From NCBI RefSeq assembly GCF_040938485.1, contig NW_027271715.1:434001-498000 (forward strand): 64,000 nucleotides of DNA, written 5' to 3'. The notes under the pieces were generated by a model. The model did no database searches and was not told the origin of the DNA. It saw only the letters and a program-made list of their open reading frames with translations. The DNA is from Diadema antillarum (Eukaryota). The position numbers and the translations under genes were made by a program. Of this stretch, positions 52,001 through 63,382 are shown piece by piece (positions within the stretch are counted from its first letter, which is position 1; each line of letters begins with the position of its first letter).

Positions 52001-55000
52001 CTGGCAGAGGTCCGCCAGAGATCAGGAAGCGACAACGTGGTCTTCAAACAGGTGGACACGTCTGACCTCAAGTCGGTTCGAGCTTTCGCTGATCAGATCT
52101 TGAAGGAGGAGGATCGACTCGATATCCTCATCAACAATGCAGGTGATAAACACTGATGAAATCTTAGCTTGCCATTTTAACATGTTTGACGAAACATGTG
52201 TCTCGAATGAATACGTCAAATAATTATGTCTTTGACTAACAGTACTTCAATGCCCAATTTCCGTTGTTAATCGGTCCTTAAAAGAAACTGGACTTTAACT
52301 TCATTTCTTAAATGAGCTTTTCCAGTGAACGTTGTGATAATATAGGTTTTCACGGTCAATTTCATACTTTTGTCATTCAAATTTATTAATGTCCATTCAT
52401 ATTCACACAGCGCACGTACACGAAAATATTCGGGCATTCAAATTCAGAATCCGAGCGAACAATTTCATTTATGGGCGTTCTATTTCGTTTTCGTGAAATC
52501 AAATTCACGATTGGCATTCAATTTCAAAATGCGAGCTGCGACTTTCCTGCTCGTGCATTCAAATTCATGCGATAGTCATGTGATAGTCCCAATGAACTTG
52601 TTTGGAGCGTTCAATTTCATTTTTAGGCGATCAAGTTCCTACTTCGTGCAATCAATTTAACGACATGAACGAGTAGACTTTTTAAGAAAGGAAAAAGGGC
52701 CAACACAACCAATGAAGGCTTGCATATAGTGTAATACAGGTTCTACATTGTGCTCTGTTCATGTATTCTTTGTTTTTAATCTCAATAAATTTCAAATTAT
52801 AATGTCCAATCAGCAGTGCATCCAAACAACACAACGACAATTTAATCATAAAAGACCCCGTTTACACTGCCGGGCTCGGCCGCGCTTTTGATTCAAACCT
52901 TTCAATATTTTGTCGTAGTGGCGCTCAGCTTGTAAACAAACGCAATTTGGTATTGTCTGGTTTTCAGACCCTTTGCCAAATGAATTCCGTGGCGACGAAA
53001 TCGCCGTTCGGGCAAAAAAAAAAAAAAAAAAAAAATCCTTTGCAGGACAAAACCACCTTAAACTATACTAGTTTTCGACGTTGAGGGGGTTAATATCCTG
53101 AACAGCGAAATAGTACAGGCAGAGGGTTTGGAAGCCAGACTAAAATTGGCCGCGCATTTGGCCCAGTTTACGTTTACACTGAGAAAAGGCCGGGCTCGGC
53201 CGCGGCCGAGCCTCGCGAGACCACCTCCAGGGTCCCGTTGCATAAAACTTTTTTAGCAACCTTAAAAAATTCAGGTTGGGATTTGCCCAACCTGAATTTT
53301 TTAAGGTTGCTAATCTAAGAATGTAAAATCCGTTGCATAAAAACTCTGGTTGGGAGCTTCCAACCGGAATTTTGTGATTTCAACCGGAAAAAAATCCGGT
53401 TGGAGTTTTATGCAACGGGCGCCAGAGCGAGGCCAAATGCGAGGGCAATTTTGGCCTCGCATTTGGCCTTTTGCGCGTCTACATTGAAGCGTGGCTGGGC
53501 CGAGCCTCGCACTGTAAACGGGGTCTTATTTGATGATACTGCATGCTGACAACGCCCCAACACCAACCACATCATGACTATTCATCAATTTAAAGGACAA
53601 GTTCACCTTCATATACATGTGGATTGAGTGAAGGCAACAATGTTAGTAGAACACATCAGTGAAAGTTTGGGGAAAATCCCACCATCCGTTCGAAAGTTAT
53701 GAATTTTTAAAATATCTGTGCAATTACTGCTGAAGGAGAAGACTACTACAGTGTATGATGTCACATGCGTACAACGATATAAGGGAAATAAAAAGAGAAT
53801 TTCACAAAACATGACGTTTTGAATTAAGTGCACATTTCCTCGACTTGTTACTGACTTATGTTAGGGGTAATATTATTCCCCCTGACTTCTGAAAGAGAGA
53901 AGTCGATTGTTCTTTTATTATGTGAGAAAAGTGAGAATATCTTGAAGTTTCTTTATACTTTCTTTATATAGTTGTACTCATATGACATCACAAGCTATAG
54001 TAGTCTTCTCATCCAGCCGTGACTGAGCAGAAACTTCAAAAATGCATAACTTTTGAACGGATTGTCCGATTTTCCTCAAACTCTCACTGATGTGTTCCAC
54101 TAATATTGCTGCATTCACTCAACCTACATGTCTATGAAGGTGAACTTGTCCTTTAAAGACAAACTGACACAAAATGATCTCACATAGTCCCGCAAAAGTA
54201 AACCAATAAGACAGCAATACACAATAAACAAGACGTATAAAATGTTCATGTGTCAGTTTCAATATAGTCGAAATTGTTGGGGGTTTTTTTCCTCGAAGGT
54301 GTCAACCAACCCTCCGTATTATGCTCGTCTGTAGGCCTATACAGTGCCTAATGTTTGTTTGTTTGTTTCATTTTCCATCAAAGAAGATGGCTGGGTAACC
54401 CATATTCAGCTGCAATAGCTGGTATTCCATATGGGGTCCAGTTGGACGTAAGCCTTAAACACCCTGCTCTTTGCGATGAATACATGAAGTGGGATCTTTT
54501 ACGTGCATGAGTTGTGACTCTCTCACCCATGGGACCTCCATTTTATGTCCAATCCGAGGGACATGTGATGATGATGATGATGAAGTCTTGTATAGCGCCG
54601 GTATCCGCCAAGTCAGGCCAGTATATTCTTTTCCGCTAAGCGCGAGTTCAAAATTTTCTATGAACAGGTGGACCTCTATATGGCAAAAGAAATAATCATC
54701 ATAAATCCCAATATATTCAAAGCCAAATGAAAAACACATGCATACACGGCCCCAAACTAACTATATTCAGGACTTCTTTTAAATTGAATGCAGTTATTTG
54801 GAACATGGTTGCCTATTCACGAATTTGAATGACCGACGAAATTCCGTCGCCAGCTTGACATGAATTTGAATGCTCTTTGATGAAATGCGTGCTCCTCTCT
54901 TAAATTTGAGTGCTCCGATAGTGAATTTGAATGTTCCGATAGTGAACTTGAATGCTCCGACAGTGAATTTGAATGCTCGGATAATGACTTCGAAAGACCG

Positions 55001-58000
55001 GATTTTGAATTTGATTGCTGATTCAGTGCTGCGGGCTCGGAATGCGTGAAATCGAATGCTCAGAATAGGAACTTGAATGACAAAAGCATGAAATTGACCG
55101 GGAAAACTTATACATAACTTATCATCTTAAGGAACATTTAAGGAATTTTTTACTCGAATTCTTCGAACGACTATATCAAATTCAAATAAGGGCATCGATC
55201 CATTATACGCAACTTTAAAAGGGTAAAAGACCTATAAATGTAGGTAAAAAATTTAACATTCAATAATGAACCCACACAGGAATCTATAATGAGGTACAAG
55301 AATGCAGCGTGTCGCCAGAAGGCTTTGATATTGTCATGGCAACCAACCACGTGGGTCACTTCGTTCTCACCATGACACTGATGGACCTTCTAAAGAAGAG
55401 CGCCCCCAGTCGGATCATCAACGTCTCGTCAGTCGCTTACTCATTCATTTCTGACCCAGCGATCGTAGACTACAACAATAAGGCATCTGAAGGTATACGC
55501 AGCAACGTGTTTTGTTTTGTTTTGTTTTTTTTTTTACTTTGTACACTTTTCAAAGTAATGGCAGCTGCATCGGCCTGCTGCAATAAAAAAATGTTGCAAT
55601 ACTCAGTAGTTGTTTCACAGCGCTTTTTATACTAACACAAAAACTGTCAAACAGACGCATATATAGACATCCTTTGCTGAAACCTGTTCTGTAGCCAATC
55701 TTTGTGTTCATAGTTATTATCAAGAACGAGTGAAATCAAGTCCATTCATATGTGGCAAATACTAGTACTGAATATGGATTTGTTGTGCACTTTCACTTTT
55801 GCTATACATCTCATGTCCTGATCAGGGCCGTATATGCTTGATTTTATGTCCACAAATTTGCTCTTACGCTGTTACGGGTTGTGTTGATAATGGTGCCATG
55901 GGTGGCATTTTATAATCTATATGGTGGTGGTTACATTCGAAATGTGTTGCAGCAGGGGCGGATCCAGGAATTCCGTAAAAGGGAGGCGCCTCAACAAATT
56001 TAAATAGGGCGTGCCCCTTTTTTCCGCTTCTTTTATTTTACCCCCCCCCCCCCCAAAAAAAAAAAAAGGGGGGGCGCGCCCGGTGCACCCCCTCTGGATC
56101 CGCCACTGTTGTAATACCCGTTTATTCGGTTTCGGTTAGCCCATAAATTATAGATTATGATGTCATTTCATCTCTGTAATAAATTATACATTATGATGTC
56201 ATTTCATCTCTGTAATAAATCATAACAATAATTCGCATCCCAGCGAGAGTTTTATTATTTTAGCCAAGAGATGATATATTACAGAAAATAATAGTTACAT
56301 AAATGCACGTCATTATTCTAGTCCAGTCGGTGGCCAGTTAAATTATGTAATTACGTTTCCTGACGTGACGTCACTGCAGGCAAAATGATCATTTCTATCC
56401 TCGCGATACATTGTATTGGGACATTATTGCATTATGACGAATCACAATGAACAACAACACGAAATATTACATTCTTGTCTCTTTCATGAAACATTCTCAA
56501 CGCAATCTGTCCACTCCTTCTAATGAATAATTCTTTCTGTCCTGTTATCCTGTACCAGGCCTCAATGTTTTCCAGCGTTATGCCAAAAGCAAATTAGCCA
56601 ATTTGCATTTTGCGAAAGAGTTAGCACGCCATCTAGCGGGCACCAACGTGACAGCTTACTCGCTGCATCCAGGATTCATCTATACGAATATCGTACAGAA
56701 AAGCATCAATTCGGTGGGAAAGAAAATTTTCATTTTGCCGATAATGTGGTGAGTTTTAAATTGCAAACCTTATTTTCATGGGGGGGGGGGGGAACTCATT
56801 CAGCTCCAAAACACATATGAAAGAGATATATCCTTCCCTCTGATAAATTGCAAATTTGGTGAAGTTTTTCTATATGTGTCCTAGCAATTTTCTGTACAAT
56901 ATCCCATTACAACCAGACAATATATACATTGTAGATATTAGCAATATCAAAGCTTGTATGTAGATGGTTCATGTGCGGTTGTGTGTGTGTGTGTGTTTGT
57001 GTGTATATACATGTACATCATAAAATCGCGGAGAGCATAAAGAAGTCTCATCAACGTACGTTTCTGTTTTGTTTTCATGACGCTTCGAGGGGAAATTTGA
57101 ATTCTTCGTTTAAATTTGTTTTCCCGAACTCCTGATCTCACATGGGTTTTAAAATTATTTTATTTGAAGGTTTGATCAGTATTTCCCATCTACTGTCATT
57201 CTTAAAGTGATGAATTATCATGCTTCTACTTCAGAGTCATAAAAAGAGAAAATTATCATCACAAAAGAGATTATAGCCATATATGTCGCTCAACGACATC
57301 ACCGGTAAATGTATTACAAGACGCATTCAGATCTAATTAACGATAAATGATACTACAGAAATAGACTTCCATACCAGGACACTAAAGGATTACTTGTGCC
57401 CTGTTAATCTCTTACTTTCCTAGATGAAATAAGTGATGGATGTGCTGACTGTAAAATTTCGCAGTGGGTTTTTCTTTACTCCGTTGTGTTTCCACACTCT
57501 AGAAAAAAGGAAATCGTAAATTGATACTGTCACTCCTCACTTTTTTTTGTAAATGTTTAACACTTCACATCAACACTCAAAATGTTTGATTTACCATTTC
57601 TGAAAGGGTAGCTCAACATTTTGAGGGTACAATATTAAACATTTTGAGTGTTAAATCTATAACTTAACTAAAGGTTTGAGGAGTGACTACAATTACAATG
57701 TGGATTTATCTTTGCTTTTTTAGAGTGCACTGCATTCGCATTTGCTCTCGTTGTGCTGATATGTGCAATTATCTCTGATATTTGTCGTATTGCTGGCAGG
57801 TTGTTTCGTCTGAGTGAGAAGGACGGAGCCCAAACAACAATCTACTGTGCGATTGACGAATCGGTCACACAACATAGCGGTGGATATTTCGCAAACTGTC
57901 AGCTGGGCAAGGAGTCTAAGTTGGCCAAGGACATGACGCTCTCCAAACAACTCTGGGATGTCAGCTGCGAAGCGACTGGCATCGACCCTAACAAACTCTC

Positions 58001-58007
58001 GGCATGA
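44879..58007 (+). CDS. RDH copy 4: RDH11/12/13/14-like SDR, 5 exons, 351 aa; recent sister of copy 3
   Basis: Exons 44879-45080, 51900-52142, 55280-55492, 56559-56748, 57800-58007; GT-AG, 1056 nt in frame; TGANAGIG, NNAG, YAKSK. Introns align to copy 3 apart from insertions. Confidence 0.92.
45098..47790 (+). mobile_element. TPRT-type insertion with 15-bp TSD and (AAC)n tail, just inside the exon-1 donor of copy 4
   Basis: AACTAGACATATCGA at 45083-45097 and 47791-47805; single in copy 3 (empty site). Tail AAAACAACAACAACAACAAC. No RT ORF. Confidence 0.85.
45285..47266. mobile_element. Non-autonomous hAT element, 16-bp TIR, 8-bp TSD CCCATGCA, with an internal 273-bp tandem repeat
   Basis: CACTGGCGTAGCCAGG / CCTGGCTACGCCGTTG (14/16); CCCATGCA at 45277-84 and 47267-74; GTGGGACTGTTTCA recurs at 46221, 46494, 46766, 47040. 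Confidence 0.88.
48651..48811. mobile_element. 161-bp hAT-like MITE with a 5-bp TSD (GTCTT)
   Basis: CAGGGGCGGATCCAG / CTGGATCCGCCACTG; GTCTT at 48646-50 and 48812-16; single GTCTT at the empty site in copy 3 (near 34547). Confidence 0.85.
49080..50170 (-). mobile_element. 5'-truncated L2-clade LINE (RT fragment)
   Basis: GVPQGSCLGPLLFTLY...HTYADDTQLYISF...RNLGVWFDS...IIHAFVTNRLDYCNSL, then GDRAFLYAAPKLWNNLP and a 3' end running into an (ATT)n tail. Absent from copy 3. Confidence 0.92.
52854..53525. mobile_element. PIF/Harbinger-like MITE (GACCCCGTTTACA termini)
   Basis: GACCCCGTTTACACTGCCGGGCTCGGCC vs GGCCGAGCCTCGCACTGTAAACGGGGTC; the TSD is not clean. Confidence 0.65.
53231..53422. mobile_element. 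Harbinger-like MITE with 3-bp CAG TSD and an internal perfect palindrome
   Basis: CAG|GGTCCCGTTGCATAAAACT...AGTTTTATGCAACGGGCGC|CAG; perfect 28-bp arms at 53253-53280 and 53286-53313. Confidence 0.78.
53594..54152. mobile_element. Kolobok-like MITE, TTAA TSD (same family as 42658-43226)
   Basis: TTAA|AGGACAAGTTCACCTTCATA...TATGAAGGTGAACTTGTCCT|TTAA. Confidence 0.88.
54354..54561 (-). mobile_element. DeuSINE fragment (Deu domain plus 3' tail)
   Basis: The reverse complement reads TCGGATTGGACATAAAATGGAGGTCC...CACGTAAAAGATCCC...AAGAGCAGGG, matching the remembered Deu-domain pattern (TCGGATGAGACGTxAAACCGAGGTCC...GTAAAAGATCCC...GAAGAGCAGGG); (AAAC)n tail. Confidence 0.7.
55953..56108. mobile_element. 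hAT-like MITE, orthologous to 37934-38019
   Basis: CAGGGGCGGATCCAGG...CTGGATCCGCCACTG; flanks TTGCAG/TTGTAA. Confidence 0.75.
57495..57727. mobile_element. CACTCTA...TAGAGTG MITE, orthologous to 39444-39657
   Basis: Same termini, CA flanks and intron-4 position. Confidence 0.65.
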
Positions 58008-58720
58008 AATTTGTTTCTTCGTGGGGGAAACGGAACCTCGAGACATTATTGAATTGTTTCATGATAAATATCAATTATGTTTGAATAAGTATACCTACTG
58101 CATCAGTTAATATGGGAAATTGTCTTTACTGTCGGATGTAGGGTGGTGTATATTGCATTACTACATTTTTATGAAAATGCATGGTTTGGAAGGTCTCGCT
58201 TACTGCGGCAGCCGTTTAGGGTATGTTAACCTGTTATTTGTTCATGGTATGCTGGTACACTACTTTACTACTCGTTACTAATTAAAATCATCATCAGTTG
58301 ATAAGCACCCCTCTTGATTACCCTTCAGCTGAAGAAGTCAGAAAAAAAAAGATGGTATAATGAGAATAATAGTCAAACCAGACAGCAATTAATTAGATTG
58401 GCTTTGACGGTGAGAACGTACAGTGCACTACTGATGACTGGTTAAGTTCACTCCATGGATCGGTGTTTCTGCTTTATCTATTTTTTTTTCTATCAGGGAG
58501 GTATTTTTTTTTTCTATTAGGGAGATGGAAAGAGATTCCCTCTGCCTCCCTGGTTTGACTGAGCACGTGGTTTTCTCAGCATTAGTTCAGCATGCCTAAA
58601 AACAAAGATTACACGGATGACAGGCCACCAGCAGCGTTAAAAAAAAAGAGTTGACATTGCGTACAGATTTGTGGCTGACAGCAATTAATACTATACCTCC
58701 TTCCTTACCCAAGAAAACGC

Positions 58721-58769
<49 letters not shown>

Positions 58770-58804
58770 GCAATCGATCGATCAATCGATCGATCAATCA
58801 TTTT

Positions 58805-59648
58805 TTTTTTTTTGGTATAGAGCTACCAGATAAAGGAAAAGCTCAGTTAGTTAACCACGTTATAATTTTGGTGAAGAAATTGTTTTTTTTAGAAAGGAAA
58901 AATAAGACACCCCCAACGGAACATTTCATTTCATTTCAGCGGGATAAGTTAGAAGAAGAAAAGTTAGCAGTTACACGTAATACGTTGTCAATACATTTGC
59001 AAAAGTGGGAAAACTGGAAAAACAATTGAGAATTTGTTTTGCTCTTATTTAATAGAGTAGGGTCTGCTGCACATCCACCACGAAATGCCTTTCCACGCAC
59101 TCGTATTTAAATATGTGTTATAGTGTATGTCAGGACACAGGTTTCAGTTGCCTTTGACGTTTTGTTGTGAGGGGGGTTTGGGAGGGGGAGGGGGGAACGG
59201 GGGTAGGGTAGTAAGAGGGAGAATGGACGGGGGTATGGGTGATGGTGGGGGGGTTGTGTGTGTGTTTTTTTGTTTTTAACAATAAACTTCAATCAATGGA
59301 TATTGATATTTTAAGTTGGATTAAATGAATGCTGAAAAGAAATTATTTTTGGATTAGTGATTTAGTTAATAAAATTTGTAATGTAATGAAGGAATAAAAT
59401 TAAAAAGAGAACGAGGGATTAGTAGTGTAAAAATAGAAAAGAAGAGATGTGTATATGGATTGTGTATATGGATTGTGAAAAAAATGTATCAGAGTGTATC
59501 AAAAGGTATTAAATCGATGTTAAGTTTCGGTATAAATTTTGTATCCATTGATGAAAATGATTATGAAATTGGTCCAGAGAATTTTGTATAAATTTGTTTG
59601 TATATCATGTTTCCCATTGATGAAGAATAAAATACTCTCAGAAAAAAA
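58805..59648 (+). mobile_element. 5'-truncated L1/Tx1-clade LINE 3' end inserted in an (ATCA)n microsatellite
   Basis: Open frame 58811-59029 FGIELPDKGKAQLVNHVIILVKKLFFL...EEKLAVTRNTLSIHLQKWENWK resembles the L1/Tx1 ORF2 C-terminus; AATAAA at 59626, A7 tail. Copy 3 has the uninterrupted (TCAA)n near 40520. Confidence 0.72.
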
Positions 59649-60303
59649 TCAATCAATCGATCGATCGATCAATCAATCAATCAATTAATCATCAATCAAT
59701 TTTTGTTTTCCACTCATGGGATGGAACACCCTCGTCAGCCAAAGGCTGGTTTCAGAGGGGTCCACACATACAGGTTACAAATACAATTATTATACATACA
59801 GTGCTCTGACAAAGATATACATCACATACATGTATGCAAAGAGCAGAAAAAAAGGTAAAGCACCATGAAGCTTGTTTCAGACGCAAAAGAAAGAAAAAGG
59901 AAAAGAAAAAAAAAGCCCTTCATCAAAATGAAAGTCACAAAGTAATAAAGTCATTAAATCCTCCCATCCTTCACACCTAGCAACTGTGCTATTGCTCCCC
60001 CCCCCCCAAAAAAAAAAAAAAAAAATACCACCAAGTGTGTTCTTCAAACGCTGTATTTATGAACTCCTCTTCTCTGACTTAAACTCCCCAAAATGATTTC
60101 TTCTCGAAAAACAGATTCTGAAGGCAGAGGTTTGTAAACATTCACACACAAACACACACAAAAGCATGAATTCAACACGCGCGCGCACACACACACTGAA
60201 TCAATGACCATCACACAAGAAGGCAGTCAGTGAGTTGGGTATCGTATAACCATGGTCACATGACCCGGTCTGGACAAGCTAAGCAGTGATTGGATAGGTG
60301 TGC

Positions 60304-60649
60304 GTCACGAGTTCGGCACCACGAATGTGACAGCTTACGATCGAGTTATATACAGCCCACGAATCATACAGCCCATGAGTTCGACAATAAGCAAATCAGA
60401 CCACCGAGTCCGACACTAGGCAAAAAAGGCCCACGAGATCGACAAAGATGCCGCGTGATGTAATGTCGGCCTCGTGTCAGACAGATGGAGTCTTTTTGCT
60501 TAGTGTCGAACTCGTGGGCCTTGTTAGCCTAGTGTCGAACTCGTGGGCCTTGTTAGCCCAGTGTCGAACCTGTAGGCTGTATGACTCGTACAGTATATTA
60601 TCATGGACCTTTTCTCAATGTCAAACTCGTGGGTCGTATCACTCGTGAC
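60304..60649. mobile_element. Small TIR element (GTCACGAG...CTCGTGAC) with 29-bp subrepeats
   Basis: CACGAGTTCGAC-type motifs on the left are mirrored by GTCGAACTCGTG on the right; TAGTGTCGAACTCGTGGGCCTTGTTAGCC is tandem near 60500-60570. Confidence 0.55.
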
Positions 60650-61115
60650 TGTCTGTCTTTAAGATATAACCACGATTTGATACCTAGAAAAGACGCCTTA
60701 GTCATCCCCAGCCTGAAGAATCATTAACGATTTACCGTGAGCCATAGAATGGAATATTTATGAAGAAACGTGTTTGATGATATTGTTTTGCACCATAATA
60801 ACTAACAGCGAATATTCGATTGAATAAACTTCCTTTTTTTTTCGTTTGTCTCTTCGTTATTGCTGATTTCTGCTTCGCAACTCAGAAACTCACAACTCCA
60901 AATAATCACGTATTGTGGCGATGAAAGTAGACTTCATTAACCATCATAGAGAATCGATTTCTCTCAGCTTAGGATGGAAAGACGTGAAGTGGAATTTGAT
61001 ATCGATGAGGGATTCAAGATAACGCCGCGTATGCCATGTGCCCTATATATATGCTTGGCTGTCGACGAAACGTCTGCTATGGTGCTGTATAGTATATGCA
61101 TAACGTGTGGCGACC

Positions 61116-62979
61116 TGTGGAGTCGGGATTTGTAGAAACGCCGGAAATGTAATAATGTCTAGCTGGGAAATGTAGATATCTCGAACATTTCATCAACGGG
61201 AAATACAACGTTTCGCCGGGAAATGTAAAACCGTTCAATTTTGCCGGGAGTGTAAAAACGCTGCCCGGAAATGATAAAATCGTAGTATTTCAACGGTATA
61301 TTACGTACCGACGGTATATAGATGAATTCGATGTCGGGAACTGCAAGTGAACCTTTACCGTTTTCATTTTCTTGTAAACCCCCAAAACGAATTTTCCCCA
61401 ATCTTGGCAGATAGCATCTTTATGGTGATATGATCTTACAGTAAGTTTGTTTGAGTCCCCGCCCCACCGCCGAAGGAGGGGTGGGGTGGAGTTGAAGACT
61501 CATAGTCTCTAAACTCTGAAAATTTTTATCCACTTCTGTCGAACCAAAGAAAGATAGAGCTAAGTTAGTGTGTGAAGACATTAATGAATGAAAATTCAAA
61601 CTTCATATTTGATAATCGTGGATCCCGGGGTGCCCTAATAGGGGCATAAGGAGGAGGTGGGGGATTTTCCACATTTTCTTCTTGAAAAATCTAAATGACG
61701 GATTTCCACCAAACTTGGCAGATAGCATCTTTATGGTGATACTCTTAATTTGTTGAAATGATTCCCCCCCACCACCACCACCACCACCGAAGGGGAAGGG
61801 GAGAGAGTTGAAGCCTCAGAGTCCCTAAACTGTGGAACTTGTTGATTAGAAAAGATTAGAGCTAAGTTACTGCTTTGCAGACATTGATGACTGAAATTTC
61901 ATGCTTGATAATGGCGGATCCAGGGGTGCCCTGATAGACGCGGGGGGGGGGGGGAGGAGGCGGAATTTCCACTTTTTTGAAAACATTTTTGACAGATTTT
62001 CCCCAAACTCAATTGAGTTCGGTTCCCATTATCTCATTTCCCTGCCCTATTCAACACCCCCCCCCCCCCCATGGCATTAGTGACCCTTCGAGATCAAAAT
62101 GGGATTCAATTACCTTAGTGATGCTATCTGCCAAGTTTGGTGAACATCCATCATAGATCATGCTTTCAAGAATGTACAGAAAATGTGAAAAATCCCCTCC
62201 TTCCCCTCACCCCAATCAGTTCACCCCTGGATCCGCCATAATCACGCTTGAAATTCTTCAGAGCACTAACTCAGCTCTGTCTTTTTCGATTCGACGGAAG
62301 AAGATTTTTTTTTAAAAATCCAGAGTTGAGGGACTCGGACTAAATTCAACTCATCCCCGCTTCGGCGATGTAGGGTAGGGGGCTCGATTTAAGAAATTAA
62401 GATGATATTACCATAGAGATGCTATCTGCCAAGTTTTGTGATTTTTTTTTTTCAAGAAGACGCAGAAAAAGTGGAAAATCCCCTTCCTCCCCTCACCCCC
62501 CCCCCTCCCCCCATGCAGTGCACCCCTGAATCCGCCATAATCAAAACATGAAATTGAATTAGGGACTCGAGGCTTAACTCCTCCCCCCCCCCCCCCCCCC
62601 CCACCGTCGGCGGGGGGGGGGGGGCTTATTTAAACAAATTAAGATCATATCGCCACAAAGATGCTATATGCCAAATTTGGTGAAAATCCGTTGTGAGGTT
62701 TACAAGAAAATAAAAACGGTAAAGATTCATGAGCAGTTTTAATTGTTAAACATCGAGGTCATCCATATACCGTAGGTACGTAATACTGTTGAAGTAGGCC
62801 CCTACATGATTTTAACATTTCACGGCAGCGTTTTCACATTTCTCGGCAAAATTGAACGTTTTTACATTTACCGGCGAGACGTTTTTACACATTTTTACAT
62901 TTCCCTGCGTTTTTACAAAACCCGGCGAGACTTTTCTACTAACACAAATCTCGGCGTTACGACAAATCTCAGCTCCACA
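61116..62979. mobile_element. 1.86-kb fold-back element with TGT...ACA ends and long inverted arms
   Basis: TGTGGAGTCGGGATTTGTAGAAACGCCG vs CGGCGTTACGACAAATCTCAGCTCCACA; more than 300 bp of imperfect inverted homology. Internal units TTGGCAGATAGCATC at 61404 and 61715, inverted at 62120, 62418, 62660. Confidence 0.7.
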
Positions 62980-63382
62980 CGCCCCAATGCCCCTTCACTC
63001 AATTAACCAATTCAAAATTTATCATATTCCTTTCCTGGATATATAACATTATGAACGTGATACACGTCTACGATTTGTTCTACATTGTCCGAGTACGCCA
63101 GCGACCAAAGTTCAATTCACAGCCATTTTCCTTTGCCTAGACGTAAACAAATACTCGATCTTGAAAATGAAAGTGAAACTGACTTTTCAACCTTTCAACT
63201 CGCACTTCCAGATGTGCAGGGTAAAATATGGCTACACATCATAAAATTAGAAAGTTGAAGTAAGCTTATACTACTCAGTAAAGTATTTTCGGCTTGATAA
63301 TTGCACTTCCAAACGCCTGGTGCAAAGGTTTACACTCGAACGACAATTTCATGAGGTCAAGTTGGGCAGTGGATTCGTGCCG

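Larger units (their letters stand above)
52343..55110. mobile_element. 2.8-kb TA-flanked TIR element with TGAAT-rich subterminal repeats, hosting nested elements
   Basis: TAGGTTTTCACGGTCAATTTCATACTTTTGTCATTCAA vs TTGAATGACAAAAGCATGAAATTGACCGGGAAAACTTA (3 mismatches in 38); TA flanks; absent from the 390-nt intron 2 of copy 3; 21-bp repeats near 54900-54980. Confidence 0.82.

Noticed and set aside
60495-60575. 29-bp direct repeats as CRISPR
   Set aside because: Head-to-tail with no spacers; they are subterminal repeats of a small TIR element.
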